Assembly: GCA_026984455.1 (NCBI GenBank)
Contig: JALSSC010000064.1
Span: 39,363 to 103,362, forward strand
Direction of reading: 5' to 3'
Source of the DNA: Chromatiaceae bacterium
Lineage (GTDB): Bacteria; Pseudomonadota; Gammaproteobacteria; Chromatiales; Chromatiaceae
Length of the DNA: 64,000 nucleotides
The translations under genes were made by a program, and so were the position numbers. Positions 25,426 to 36,896 of the stretch are shown one piece after another. The number at the start of each line of letters is the position of its first letter. Position 1 is the stretch's first letter. The notes under the pieces are model-generated. The model ran no database searches and was not told the origin of the DNA. It saw only the letters and a list, made by a program, of their open reading frames with translations.

Positions 25426-27360
25426 ATGCGTAGAACCCTCATTCCGGGCCTTTGCCTGGTGGCCAGCCTGGCCGCCACGGCCGGCCAGCCCCCCATCGTC
25501 ATCAGCGCCGGCCGCACCGCCCGGCTCTCCATCGACACCCCGGCCAGCATCCGTGTGGTGGACCGCGCGGAGATCGAGGCCAGCGCCGCCACCAGCCTGG
25601 CCGGGTTGCTCGCCGGCCGCGGCCTGCACGTGAGCGACCGCTTCGGCGACGGCAGCGACGCGCTCCTGGACCTGCGTGGCTTCGGCGCCGCGGCCGGCTC
25701 CAACACCCTGGTCCTGGTGGACGGCCGTCCCCTCAACAATGCCAGCGATCTGGCGCCCCCGGATCTCTCCACCATCGACCTCGGCCTGGTGGAACGGGTG
25801 GAGATCGTCCAGGGCAGCGCCGGGGTGCTCTATGGCAACCAGGCCGTGGGCGGTCTCGTGAACATCGTCACCCGCAGGCCCGAGGCCTTCGCTGCGGCCC
25901 TGACCGCCGGCGGGGGCAGTTACGACGGCTACGAGGCGCGCGCCCGGCTCTTCGATCGGATGGACAACGGCCTGGGTTATCGCGTCTCGGCGCGCAAGCG
26001 GGAGACGGACAACTATCGCGAGCAGAACCACTCGGACCTTCAGGACCTGGGGCTGCGTCTCGATTACGACTACGGCGGCAGGCGGCTGTTCTTCGAGCAG
26101 GAATACCACTGGAAGCACCTCCAGGTGCCCGGCAGCCTGTTCAGCGACGAGTTGGCCGCGGACCGCCGACAAGCGGTGCCCGACTATCGCGGCGACTTCA
26201 CCCGCAGTGAGACCCTGGTGAGCCGCCTCGGCCTGCGCCAGTCCCTGTGGGGGGGCTGGTATCTGGAGGGCGAGGTGACCTATCGCGAGAATCACAATCC
26301 CTTCAAGCTGAGCTTCCGGGGCCTTCCGGGCCAGCGCGCGGATCAGAACCGTTATGTCTGGACCTTCAATCCGCGCCTGGTCGGGGTGGTTCCCCTGGGG
26401 ACGGCGGATCTGCGGCTCACCCTGGGCGCCGACTACGAGGACACCGACTACGGCCTGCGCACGGCCTTCGGCCCCCAACGGATCGGGCAACGCATCTATG
26501 CCCTCTATGGCCAGGGCAGCGCCCTGGTGGGCGCCGGCCTGACCGTCACCGGCGGCCTGCGCTGGGCGCGGGTGGAGAACGGCATCTTCGACGGCAGCGC
26601 CAAGACCCACCTGGACGACGAGGTGGGCGTGGGCTCTCTCGGCCTGTCCTGGCGACCCGCGGCGGGCTGGCGCCTGTTCGCCCGTTGGGACCAGAACTAT
26701 CGCTTCGCCAAGGTGGACGAGCACACCAATGTGGCCTTCGGCCAACCTACGGGCATCAAGAATCAGACGGGCGATTCCTATGAGGCCGGGGCGGTCTTCG
26801 ACGCCGGTCCCGTGCGCGCGGACCTGACCCTGTACCGCCTGATCCTGCATGACGAGATCGCCTTCGACTCCAGCACCTTCTTCAATATCAACCTCGACCG
26901 CACCCGCCGCGACGGGGCGATCGTCTCGGCCGCCTGGCGGCCGGCCGCGGGTTGGCGCCTGGGCGGTGACTATACCTATACGGAGGGCCGTATCACCGAT
27001 GGGCCCTTCGACGGGGAGCGCATCCCCCTGGTGCCCCGCAACGAGGTGCGCCTGTACCTGGATCACGACCTGGGACAGGGCTTCGGCCTGCGCGGGGAGT
27101 GGCGCTGGGTGGACGAACAGGTGGTGGGGGCGGACTTCGCCAACGACCTGGAGCGTCTCGATGCCTACGCGGTGCTCGATCTGGTGGGGCGCTACCGGCG
27201 CGGTCCCTGGTCCCTGGACCTGCGTCTGAACAATCTTCTGGACGAGCGGTATGCAGGCACCGGCGCGGCCGGTTTCGATGCCGGTTTCGCCCGGCGCGCG
27301 GCCTTCTTCCCCGCGCCGGAGCGCAATTTCTGGCTCACAGCGACCTATGGGTTCGATTGA
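25426..27360 (+). CDS. btuB: TonB-dependent outer-membrane receptor, probable cobalamin receptor
   Basis: Internal start MRRTLIPGLCLVASLAATAG (signal peptide) of track ORF 25159..27360, whose 5' part is repeat copy D. It has a TonB-box-like PPIVISAGR, a plug domain (VEIVQGSAGVLYGNQAVGGLVNIVT) and a C-terminal aromatic residue. The B12 riboswitch lies upstream. Confidence 0.8.
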   Translation: MRRTLIPGLCLVASLAATAGQPPIVISAGRTARLSIDTPASIRVVDRAEIEASAATSLAGLLAGRGLHVSDRFGDGSDALLDLRGFGAAAGSNTLVLVDGRPLNNASDLAPPDLSTIDLGLVERVEIVQGSAGVLYGNQAVGGLVNIVTRRPEAFAAALTAGGGSYDGYEARARLFDRMDNGLGYRVSARKRETDNYREQNHSDLQDLGLRLDYDYGGRRLFFEQEYHWKHLQVPGSLFSDELAADRRQAVPDYRGDFTRSETLVSRLGLRQSLWGGWYLEGEVTYRENHNPFKLSFRGLPGQRADQNRYVWTFNPRLVGVVPLGTADLRLTLGADYEDTDYGLRTAFGPQRIGQRIYALYGQGSALVGAGLTVTGGLRWARVENGIFDGSAKTHLDDEVGVGSLGLSWRPAAGWRLFARWDQNYRFAKVDEHTNVAFGQPTGIKNQTGDSYEAGAVFDAGPVRADLTLYRLILHDEIAFDSSTFFNINLDRTRRDGAIVSAAWRPAAGWRLGGDYTYTEGRITDGPFDGERIPLVPRNEVRLYLDHDLGQGFGLRGEWRWVDEQVVGADFANDLERLDAYAVLDLVGRYRRGPWSLDLRLNNLLDERYAGTGAAGFDAGFARRAAFFPAPERNFWLTATYGFD

Positions 27361-27920
27361 TGAGGATCTACACCCGCCGTGGGGATGGCGGCGACACCGG
27401 GCTGGCCGAAGGCGGCCGCCGCCCCAAGTGGGACCCCCGGGTGGAGGCCTTGGGCGCGCTGGACGAACTCAACTGCCACCTGGGCCTGGTGCATCTGCAT
27501 AGTGTGGACGCCGACCTGGACCGGCTGTTGCAGGGCCTCCAGGAGGATCTGTTCGCGTTGGGCGCGGAGCTGGCCTCTCCTTCGACCCCGAGGCTGACCG
27601 GGGAGCGGGTGGCCGCGCTGGAGGCGGAGATCGACCGCCTGGAGGCGTCATTGCCGCCGTTGCGTGGCTTCGTCCTGCCTGGTGGAGGCGCGGCGGCGGC
27701 CCACTGCCACCTCGCCCGGGCGGTCTGCCGCCGGGCCGAACGGCGCCTGTTTCGACTCGCGCGCGACGAACGGCTAAACTCCGCTTCGCTGAAGTACCTG
27801 AACCGCCTGTCCGATCTGTTGTTCGTCCTGGCGCGGCACCTGAATCGCCACGCAGGCCGTAGCGAGACCCTTTGGGGTCCTGGAGCCGCCGTCCCGCGAC
27901 AGACCTGGGGATCCCGGTGA
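27360..27920 (+). CDS. ATP:cob(I)alamin adenosyltransferase, PduO type
   Basis: MRIYTRRGDGGDTGL...ALGALDELNCHLG...LQEDLFALGAELA...VLPGG..AAAHCHLARAVCRRAER. The ATG overlaps the btuB stop by 1 nt. Confidence 0.85.
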   Translation: MRIYTRRGDGGDTGLAEGGRRPKWDPRVEALGALDELNCHLGLVHLHSVDADLDRLLQGLQEDLFALGAELASPSTPRLTGERVAALEAEIDRLEASLPPLRGFVLPGGGAAAAHCHLARAVCRRAERRLFRLARDERLNSASLKYLNRLSDLLFVLARHLNRHAGRSETLWGPGAAVPRQTWGSR

Positions 27921-28077
27921 GCGGTCATCGCCGGACAGGATGAGCGTCCCGTTCCAGGCCGGTCTTCAGCGGGAACGCAAGGGGCGCCTTTGGGGCAGGC
28001 CGCCCGATCGGGCCGCCGCTGACACAGCCCTGGGGCCCCCTTGCGCACTGACCTTCATCCCCTCATCAGGAACCCCC

Positions 28078-28524
28078 ATGACCAAGATCGCTCCCGGCAG
28101 CAACGTCTGCGTACACCTCTCCCTCGGTCTGCCCGACGGCACCGAGGCCCTGTCCACCTTCGATGAAGAGCCCATGCGTTTCGTGCTGGGAGACGGCACC
28201 CTTACCGAGGGCCTGGAGCTGGCCCTGTACGGCCTCGAGGCCGGCTCCGATCAGACCCTGCGGGTGGACGGCAACGAGGTCTTCGGCGCCTGGCGCGAGG
28301 ATCGGGTGATCTGGATCCCCCTGGAGAACTTCGACCAGGAGATCCAGCCCGAGCCCGGACAGGTGGTGGCCTTCAGCAACGAGAACGGGGAGACCCTGCC
28401 GGGCATGATCCTCGAGACCGATGCCGAACGCGCCCAGGTGGACTTCAATCATCCCCTGTCGGGACGTGAACTGGATTTCCGGGTCCAGGTGCTCTCGGTG
28501 GACCCCGCGCCCGCCAACGACTGA
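28078..28524 (+). CDS. fkpB: FKBP-type peptidyl-prolyl cis-trans isomerase
   Basis: 148 aa: [24 protein letters not shown]...[21 protein letters not shown]. It has the conserved position immediately upstream of ispH. Confidence 0.85.
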   Translation: MTKIAPGSNVCVHLSLGLPDGTEALSTFDEEPMRFVLGDGTLTEGLELALYGLEAGSDQTLRVDGNEVFGAWREDRVIWIPLENFDQEIQPEPGQVVAFSNENGETLPGMILETDAERAQVDFNHPLSGRELDFRVQVLSVDPAPAND

Positions 28525-29468
28525 TGGAGGTCCTGCTCGCCAATCCGCGCGGTTTCTGCGCCGGGGTGCACCGCGCCATCGAGATCGTCGAGCGGGTGCT
28601 CGACCTGTTCGGCGCCCCCATCTATGTGCGCCACGAGGTGGTCCACAATCGCTTCGTGGTGGAACGCCTGCGCCAACGCGGAGCGCGCTTCGTGGACTCC
28701 CTCGACGAGGTCCCCGACGGCCACACCGTGATCTTCTCCGCCCACGGCGTCTCCCAGGCGGTGCGCCGCGAGGCCGAGGCCCGCGATCTGCGCGTGTTCG
28801 ACGCCACCTGTCCCCTGGTCACCAAGGTCCACCTGGAGGTGGCGCGTCACTGTCGCGACGGCTACGACGTGATCCTCATCGGCCACCGTGGCCATCCCGA
28901 GGTGGAGGGGACCATGGGCCAGTGCTGCGGCGGCCGGGGCCATATCCACCTGGTCACCGCGGTGGACGAGGTGGCCGGGATTCGCCTTCATGACCCCGCG
29001 CGGGTCGCCTATGTCACCCAGACCACCCTGTCGTTGGACGACACCACCCGCATCGTGGACGCCCTGCGCCGGCGTTTTCCCCACATTCAGGGCCCCAAGC
29101 GCAGCGATATCTGCTATGCCACCCAAAACCGCCAGGACGCCATCAAACAACTGGCCGCCCAGTGCGACCTGGTGCTGGTGGTGGGTTCCCCCAACAGTTC
29201 CAACTCCAACCGCCTGCGTGAGATCGCCGAGCAGGCGGGCGCCCGCGCCCATCTGATCGACGGTGCCGACGACATCCGCGACGCCTGGCTCGAAGGGGCC
29301 GGGCGGGTGGGGGTGAGCGCCGGCGCCTCGGCCCCCGAGATCCTGGTACGGGAGGTGATGGCCCGGCTCCAGTCGGCGGGGGCGCGGGCGATCGTCGAAC
29401 AGACCGGGCGCGAGGAGCGGGTGGTCTTCTCCCTCCCCAAGGCCCTGGCGGGGGAAGCGACGCCGTGA
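28524..29468 (+). CDS. ispH: 4-hydroxy-3-methylbut-2-enyl diphosphate reductase
   Basis: 314 aa: [23 protein letters not shown]...SAHGVS...[11 protein letters not shown]...[10 protein letters not shown]...[12 protein letters not shown]. Confidence 0.95.
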   Translation: MEVLLANPRGFCAGVHRAIEIVERVLDLFGAPIYVRHEVVHNRFVVERLRQRGARFVDSLDEVPDGHTVIFSAHGVSQAVRREAEARDLRVFDATCPLVTKVHLEVARHCRDGYDVILIGHRGHPEVEGTMGQCCGGRGHIHLVTAVDEVAGIRLHDPARVAYVTQTTLSLDDTTRIVDALRRRFPHIQGPKRSDICYATQNRQDAIKQLAAQCDLVLVVGSPNSSNSNRLREIAEQAGARAHLIDGADDIRDAWLEGAGRVGVSAGASAPEILVREVMARLQSAGARAIVEQTGREERVVFSLPKALAGEATP

Positions 29469-30550
29469 GTCGGGTATGCGTGGTGGGAGGCGGCATCATC
29501 GGCCTGCTCAGCGCCTTGGAACTGCAAGCGGCGGGGCTGGAGGTGACCCTCCTGGAACGCACCCTCCCGGGGCGGGAATCCTCCTGGGCCGGCGGCGGGA
29601 TCCTCTCCCCCCTCTACCCCTGGCGCTACCCCGAGGCCGTCACCCCCCTCGCCGCCTGGAGCCAGATGCGTTACCCGGACCTCGCCGAGACCCTGCGGGA
29701 GAGCACCGATGTGGACCCGGAATGGACCCGCAGCGGTCTCCTGGTCCTGGATCCCGACGAGTTCGAGCCGGGGCTCGCCTGGGCCGCCGCCCAGGGCCGC
29801 CGCGCCGAGGTGGTGGGTGAGGACGATCTGCGCCGCCTGGAGCCGCGCCTCGCCCACGAGGGCGAGGCGCTGTGGATGCCCGATCTGGCGCAGATCCGCA
29901 ATCCGCGGCTGGTCAAGGCCCTGGTGCACCACCTGCAGGGGCGTGTCCGGTTCTTGGACAACACCCCCGTGCAGGGCTTCGAGGCCCCGGGCGGACGCCT
30001 GCGGGCGCTCCTCACCCCGGCGGGGAGACTGGCCTGCGAGCGGGCGGTGATCTGCGCCGGCGCCTGGAGCGGCGGCCTCCTCTCCACCCTGGGCCGCCCC
30101 CCGCTGATCGAGCCGGTGCGCGGTCAGATGCTCCTGTTCCGCAGCGCGCCCTGCGAACAGCGGCGCATCGTCCTGGATGGCGGCCGCTATCTCATCCCCC
30201 GTCGGGACGGCCGGGTCCTGGCCGGTTCCACCATGGAGCGGGTGGGGTTCGACAAGGCCACCACCCGCGTGGCGGCGGAGGCCCTGAAGGCCTTTGCCGT
30301 GGGGCGCTTCCCCCATCTCGAGGCGGTGGAGATGGAACGCCACTGGTCCGGCCTGCGTCCCGGCTCAGCCAACGGCGTGCCCTATATCGGCCCGGTACCC
30401 GGGGTGGAAGGACTGTTCATCGATACCGGACAGTTCCGCAACGGGGTGGTGTTGGCACCTGCCTCGGCGCGCCTGGTGGCCGACCTGATGCTGGGGCGGC
30501 CGCCCATCCTCGACCCGGCGGCCTATGCGGTGGATGCGCCACGCCCGTAA
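29465..30550 (+). CDS. thiO: FAD-dependent glycine oxidase-like oxidoreductase
   Basis: 361 aa with a GTG start overlapping the ispH stop. It has the dinucleotide-binding [17 protein letters not shown] motif and the DAO-family layout. The ThiO assignment rests on family resemblance only. Confidence 0.65.
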   Translation: MSRVCVVGGGIIGLLSALELQAAGLEVTLLERTLPGRESSWAGGGILSPLYPWRYPEAVTPLAAWSQMRYPDLAETLRESTDVDPEWTRSGLLVLDPDEFEPGLAWAAAQGRRAEVVGEDDLRRLEPRLAHEGEALWMPDLAQIRNPRLVKALVHHLQGRVRFLDNTPVQGFEAPGGRLRALLTPAGRLACERAVICAGAWSGGLLSTLGRPPLIEPVRGQMLLFRSAPCEQRRIVLDGGRYLIPRRDGRVLAGSTMERVGFDKATTRVAAEALKAFAVGRFPHLEAVEMERHWSGLRPGSANGVPYIGPVPGVEGLFIDTGQFRNGVVLAPASARLVADLMLGRPPILDPAAYAVDAPRP

Positions 30551-30646
30551 AGGCGCGCCGCAGCCGAGGGATCCAGGGAGGCTATCCCTGTTCCTGTAAA
30601 TCATTCCAGGCGCAGTGCTGAAGGCCGCGGCGGGTGCTGGGGAAGA

Positions 30647-30723
30647 TGGTCGGGGTGACTGGATTCGAACCAGCGACTCCTGCCTCCCGAAGGCAGTGCT
30701 CTACCAGGCTGAGCTACACCCCG
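30647..30723 (-). tRNA. tRNA-Pro (anticodon CGG)
   Basis: Minus-sense CGGGGTGTAGCTCAGCCTGGTAGAGCACTGCCTTCGGGAGGCAGGAGTCGCTGGTTCGAATCCAGTCACCCCGACCA folds as a cloverleaf by hand. The anticodon loop is TTCGGGA and the CCA end is encoded. Confidence 0.92.
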
Positions 30724-30745
30724 TCACAGCGGGAATGCCCGCACG

Positions 30746-31714
30746 TCAATAGGTGCGGGCCACGGCGAAATCGGCGAGACCGGCGAGCGCCTCCCGGTAG
30801 GGGGAGGGCGCGAGGGCCCGGAGTGCCTGTTGGGCAAGGTCCGATTCCGCTCGTGCAAGCGAGGCAGTGTATTCGATTGCACCCGTGCGTTCAACGACCG
30901 CGAGGATCTCGTTGATGCGATCCTTGCCGCCATGCTCGATGGCATCACGGATCAGGCTGCGTTCTTCCGCGTTGCCTTTGGCCATGGCCTGGATCAGGGG
31001 CAGGGTGGGCTTGCCTTCCTCCAGGTCGTCGCCCACGTTCTTGCCCAGGGTGGCGCTGTCCGAGGCGTAGTCCAGGACGTCGTCCACCAACTGGAAGGCC
31101 CGCCCCAGGTGCAGGCCGTAGGCGGCCAGGGCGGTCTCCTTGTCCGTCCCTGCTCCGGCGAGGATGGCACCCAGACGGGTGCCGGCCTCGAACAGGGTGG
31201 CGGTCTTGCGATCGATGACCTCCAGGTATTGCCCTTCCGTGGTATCGGGGTCGTTGCAATTGAGTAGCTGGAGGACCTCGCCCTCGGCGATGCGGTTGGT
31301 GGCGTGGGACATGACCTCCATCACCCGCATGAGGCCGACGTCCACCATCATCTCGAAGGCGCGGGAATAGAGAAAATCTCCTACCAGTACGCTCGTCGCG
31401 TTGCCCCACAAGGCATTGGCGGTCTCGCGGCTGCGCCTCAGCTCGGAGGCGTCCACCACGTCGTCGTGAAGCAGGGTGGCGGTGTGGATGAACTCGATCA
31501 CCGCTGCCAGGTCGATGTGACGCCCGCCTTCATAGGCGCTGGCGCGCGCCGCGAGCAGGACCACCAGGGGGCGAAGGCGTTTGCCGCCCGAATCCACGAT
31601 GTAGTGTCCGATCTGGTTGATCAGCACCACGTCCGATGCGAGACGGCGCAGGATGAGGGCGTCCACGGCCGCCATGTCCTGATCGACCGGTGAACGTAAT
31701 TCCGTGAGATCCAA
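30746..31714 (-). CDS. ispB: octaprenyl diphosphate synthase
   Basis: 322 aa: GGKRLRPLVVLLAA, DDVVD (first Asp-rich motif), and a second DDxxD (FQLVDDVLDY). Confidence 0.9.
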   Translation of the reverse strand: MDLTELRSPVDQDMAAVDALILRRLASDVVLINQIGHYIVDSGGKRLRPLVVLLAARASAYEGGRHIDLAAVIEFIHTATLLHDDVVDASELRRSRETANALWGNATSVLVGDFLYSRAFEMMVDVGLMRVMEVMSHATNRIAEGEVLQLLNCNDPDTTEGQYLEVIDRKTATLFEAGTRLGAILAGAGTDKETALAAYGLHLGRAFQLVDDVLDYASDSATLGKNVGDDLEEGKPTLPLIQAMAKGNAEERSLIRDAIEHGGKDRINEILAVVERTGAIEYTASLARAESDLAQQALRALAPSPYREALAGLADFAVARTY

Positions 31715-31800
31715 TGGGATAGCGCCCTCGTGGGTAGAATGCCGGATCTATCGATGCTAGGGAGGACAAGGGGGGGTGTCAACCGGTGGTTTGCTTGTGC

Positions 31801-31845
31801 GCACCAAGACGGTGCGGGTGTTCAGTGGCGCACCAGAATGGTGCA
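31801..31845 (+). promoter_or_regulatory. tandem NtrC-type enhancer sites
   Basis: GCACCAAGACGGTGC (31801-31815) and GCACCAGAATGGTGCA (31830-31845) compare with the enteric NtrC consensus TGCACCA-N3-TGGTGCA. They lie about 90-130 bp upstream of the sigma-54 promoter at 31932. Confidence 0.7.
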
Positions 31846-31931
31846 TGCAGCGCGGCCGTACCCCTTCGATCCCTGTGTGCGGGCGCCGTTGAGCCCTGGG
31901 TTCGCGGCGTCCTGGCGGGGATGAATCGAGG

Positions 31932-31947
31932 TGGCACGTTACCTGCT
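31932..31947 (+). promoter_or_regulatory. sigma-54 promoter of the porin-glnK-amtB operon
   Basis: TGGCACGTTACCTGCT has a near-consensus -24 TGGCAC and -12 CTGCT with correct GG-N10-GC spacing. It lies 74 nt upstream of the porin ATG. Confidence 0.75.
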
Positions 31948-32020
31948 AAACATCGATGCAAAGACCCTGTATATTCGCAGAAATTTTCTGTCGTTCTATT
32001 TCAACGAAGGAGTGACCCCG

Positions 32021-32719
32021 ATGCAGATCAAACCCATTTCCCTCTCCCTGGCCGGAGTCCTGGCCCTCTCCGGCGCACCGGTTTGGGCCGACTCGCCCCA
32101 TGAGTTTTCGGCCAATGTCTCCCTCACCAGCAACTACAAGTACCGCGGCATCACCCAGACCGACGACGGCCCCGCCGTTCAGGGCGGGTTTGACTACAGT
32201 TACACCCCCGCCAGTCTGTATGCCGGTGTCTGGGCCTCCAACGTGGACGCCAAGGCCTTCGCCGACGCCAACGTCGAGATGGACTGGTACGCCGGCTGGA
32301 ACCCCAGCTTCGGTGACCTCGGCCTCGACCTCGGCTATCTCTATTACTCCTATCCCAACTCCCGCAACAGCGACAACAACACCCACGAGTTCCACCTGGG
32401 GGCGACCTACACCCTCGGCATGTTCACCCCGGGGCTCACCGGTTACTACAGCGATGATTTCTTCGGCACCAAGGAGGCCTGGTACTGGGATGCGAGCGTG
32501 GACGTGGCCCTGCCCCAGGACTTCACCGTCTCGGCCCACTACGGCTGGAACAAGTTCCACGACAGTGCCGCCGACTACCAGGACTGGAAGATCGGCGTGG
32601 CCAAGGGCTTCGCGGGCTTCGATTTCGACCTGAGCTACGTGGGCACCAACGACAAGCCCAGCGGCGTGGGCAAGGCCTATGACGACGTTCTGGTGTTCAC
32701 CGTCGGCAAGTCGTTCTGA
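32021..32719 (+). CDS. TorF-family putative outer-membrane porin
   Basis: Start MQIKPISLSLAGVLALSGAPVWA (signal peptide, GGAG upstream) within track ORF 31931..32719. Motifs: NVSLTSNYKYRGITQTDDGPAVQGGFDY...YAGVWASNVD...EMDWYAGW. Confidence 0.7.
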   Translation: MQIKPISLSLAGVLALSGAPVWADSPHEFSANVSLTSNYKYRGITQTDDGPAVQGGFDYSYTPASLYAGVWASNVDAKAFADANVEMDWYAGWNPSFGDLGLDLGYLYYSYPNSRNSDNNTHEFHLGATYTLGMFTPGLTGYYSDDFFGTKEAWYWDASVDVALPQDFTVSAHYGWNKFHDSAADYQDWKIGVAKGFAGFDFDLSYVGTNDKPSGVGKAYDDVLVFTVGKSF

Positions 32720-32755
32720 GGCCGTACCGGATCCTGCCCGCCCCGGCGGGCGTAG

Positions 32756-33112
<357 letters not shown>

Positions 33113-33132
33113 CCCCCCTTGGAGACCCTGAA

Positions 33133-34431
<1,299 letters not shown>

Positions 34432-34455
34432 TCTCCTGACCAAACGCTGTGTGCG

Positions 34456-34484
34456 AGAGGGCGCGCCCGGGGCGCCCTCTTTTC
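34456..34484 (+). terminator. intrinsic terminator after amtB
   Basis: AGAGGGCGC-gcccggg-GCGCCCTCT followed by TTTT. Confidence 0.7.
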
Positions 34485-34705
34485 GTTAGGGACGGCAGAT
34501 GCCGGATGGGTCGACATGGCCTGCGCCCACCGGCCTGGACCGGCTAATGCACGGGCTCCGGCTGGACGGCGAGGCGTTTATCATTCTGCTGATGGGCTGG
34601 GGAGGCAACGCCCCGCCAGTATGGGACACGTGGGAACGCCGGTTGTGGCAATGGAGGTGCGGACCTGCAAGCAACATATCAACAACAGCGAGCACAAGAG
34701 GCAAT

Positions 34706-36052
34706 ATGGTAAGCAAGGCAACAGCGGCTCCCGACCGGAAGGCATTTGGTTTCTGGAGCGCTGTGTTCCTGGGTATAGGTTCTATGGTAGGCGCCGGGAT
34801 ATTTATTGTGATCGGTGAGGCAGGTGCCATTGCGGGGAACCTGGTAACTGTATCCTTCCTGGTCGGAGGGGTCATTGCGCTGTTGTGTGGCTATTCACTT
34901 AGTAAACTGGCCATTCGCTATCCCAGCCGTGGTGGTATTATCGAATATCTCGTCCAGGGCTATGGAGAGGGCTTTTTTTCGGGGACGCTGGGTGTCCTGT
35001 TCTACCTTGCACAGTTGGTGGCCCTTGCGGCAGTCTCCAAGTCCTTTGGAACCTATGCTGCAACCTATATGAGTGGTGGCGTAACGCCCTTGCACGCCGA
35101 TCTCTTTGCGGTTGCCATCGTCCTGGTGTTCGTACTCATCAATCTCACCGGCGCCACGATGGTAGCCAAATCGGAAAACATCATCGTCGTCATCAAGCTG
35201 CTCGCATTGACCGTCTTCACCGTGGTTGCCCTGTTTTTCATCCATCCCTCCAATCTTCGTATTGGTAAGGCTCCTGGTCTGATCGAGATATTCTATGCTC
35301 TGGGCCTGACCTTCTTTGCCTTCCAGGGTTTCAGCATCATCACCAACAGTGTCGAAGACATGCGGAATCCTGAACATACGATGCTGCGTTCCATGTTCTC
35401 CGCCATCGCCCTGGTCGCGATGATGTATATCACCATTTCCATAGCGGTGTTTGGAAACCTGCCTCTGTCTGAGATCGTCAAGTACAAAGACTTCGCATTG
35501 GCGGCTGCGGCAAGGCCCGCCTTTGGGGCATGGGGCTTCAAGATCATGGCAGGGACCGCTTTGCTGGCAACTGCGTCCGCGATCAATGCGACACTCTACG
35601 CTGTGACCCAGATAAGCTATACCCTTGCAAAAGAAGGGGAACTTCCCAGGGAGTATGACCGTACCCTTTTTCATAATACGGAAGGACTGATCATATCGGC
35701 GGCACTGATCGTTCCACTGATCCTGTTCTTCGATCTCAACCAGATCGCAACCATTGCAGCTATTGGCGTGCTTTTGGTTCAGGGCTTCACCCATACGGGC
35801 CATCTTTTCATACGCAGGCGGACAGGGGCGAATTTATGGTGGATCCTGGCCGCAGTCATCGGTTCCTTTGGGGCAGCCGCCTTTGCAATCGCTTATACTG
35901 AGAAATCGTTGCCACATATCGTCTACTATATCGGTGGCATATTTTTCCTGGCCTTTGTCTTTGAAGTCCTTCTACGCCTCTTCAATGACAGGACGATAGA
36001 GAAGCAGGTGATCACAAGGTTCGAGGAGGTGGAAGGGAAGTTGTTCAAATAG
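34706..36052 (+). CDS. APC-family amino acid permease
   Basis: Start MVSKATAAPDRKAFGFWSAVFLGIGSMVGAGIF... within track ORF 34499..36052. About 12 TM segments. GC is visibly lower than in neighbouring genes. Confidence 0.85.
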   Translation: MVSKATAAPDRKAFGFWSAVFLGIGSMVGAGIFIVIGEAGAIAGNLVTVSFLVGGVIALLCGYSLSKLAIRYPSRGGIIEYLVQGYGEGFFSGTLGVLFYLAQLVALAAVSKSFGTYAATYMSGGVTPLHADLFAVAIVLVFVLINLTGATMVAKSENIIVVIKLLALTVFTVVALFFIHPSNLRIGKAPGLIEIFYALGLTFFAFQGFSIITNSVEDMRNPEHTMLRSMFSAIALVAMMYITISIAVFGNLPLSEIVKYKDFALAAAARPAFGAWGFKIMAGTALLATASAINATLYAVTQISYTLAKEGELPREYDRTLFHNTEGLIISAALIVPLILFFDLNQIATIAAIGVLLVQGFTHTGHLFIRRRTGANLWWILAAVIGSFGAAAFAIAYTEKSLPHIVYYIGGIFFLAFVFEVLLRLFNDRTIEKQVITRFEEVEGKLFK

Positions 36053-36133
36053 CCTCATTGGTGTCATTGGCGGGGAACCGGTCTCTTCCCTGAGCACCGC
36101 TGGTCGGCCCCCTCTTGCACCGATGGGTGTAGA

Positions 36134-36892
36134 ATGGGGGAAACGTACGGCAACCCTGTTGAAAGACCCATGCCCTCCCTGATTCCGCGGATCAACGATC
36201 CCAATGCCTATGTCACTTCCCATGAGATCGATCTCATCGCTGAACGATTGGATCTGAGCGGATGCCGGGTGTTGGATCTGGGGTGCGGCGACGCCTATAT
36301 GACCCGCCTCCTGGCGGCACGGTTGGGTCCGGCGGAGATCGTCGCGACGGAGGTGGATGCTGTCCAGCTTCGACGTAACCGGGTGAGCGAGGCCCCGGCC
36401 GGTGTGCATTTCCTGTATGGAGGTGCCGAGGCCATCGCCTTCCCTGACGACCACTTCGATGCGGTGTTCCTGTTCAAGTCCTTCCACCATGTTCCCCGAC
36501 AGTTCCTGGGGCAGGCCCTCGATGAGATCCACCGGGTATTGCGTCCCGGGGGCCATGCCTGGATCTCAGAGCCGGTGTACTGGGGGGCGTTCAACGCCGT
36601 CCTGAGCCTGTTTCACGATGAACGGGAGGTGCGAGAGGCGGCCTTCGAGCAGATCGCCGTGGCGGTGGACTCGGGCCGTTTTGCCCTGATCGACGAGATC
36701 TTCTTCCAATATGAAGGCGTCTATCCGGACTGGCGGGACTTCGAGCGGCGTTTCCTCCAGGTCACCCACACCCGGCACGAGATCGACGAGGCCCTCTACC
36801 AGCGGGTGAAGGCGGCCTTTCTCGCCCATAGGGGGGCGGAGGGCGCCCGTTTCATGAAGCCCCACCGGGTGGACCTGTTACGCAAGATCTGA
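36134..36892 (+). CDS. class I SAM-dependent methyltransferase
   Basis: Motif I VLDLGCGDAY, and later FDAVFLFKSFHHV and LRPGGHAWISEP. The start is uncertain between 36134 and the MPSLIPR Met at 36170. Confidence 0.75.
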   Translation: MGETYGNPVERPMPSLIPRINDPNAYVTSHEIDLIAERLDLSGCRVLDLGCGDAYMTRLLAARLGPAEIVATEVDAVQLRRNRVSEAPAGVHFLYGGAEAIAFPDDHFDAVFLFKSFHHVPRQFLGQALDEIHRVLRPGGHAWISEPVYWGAFNAVLSLFHDEREVREAAFEQIAVAVDSGRFALIDEIFFQYEGVYPDWRDFERRFLQVTHTRHEIDEALYQRVKAAFLAHRGAEGARFMKPHRVDLLRKI

Positions 36893-36896
36893 GCCT

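Noticed and set aside
30551-30745. A tRNA-Pro flank as a possible genomic-island integration site.
   Set aside because: There is no integrase, no direct repeat of the tRNA 3' end, and both neighbours (thiO, ispB) are housekeeping genes with native composition.
34486-34705. The leader of the APC permease, checked for guanidine-I (ykkC), glycine and lysine riboswitch signatures.
   Set aside because: Only short chance matches were found (GGGCTCCGG, ACGGCGAGG). The conserved cores are absent.
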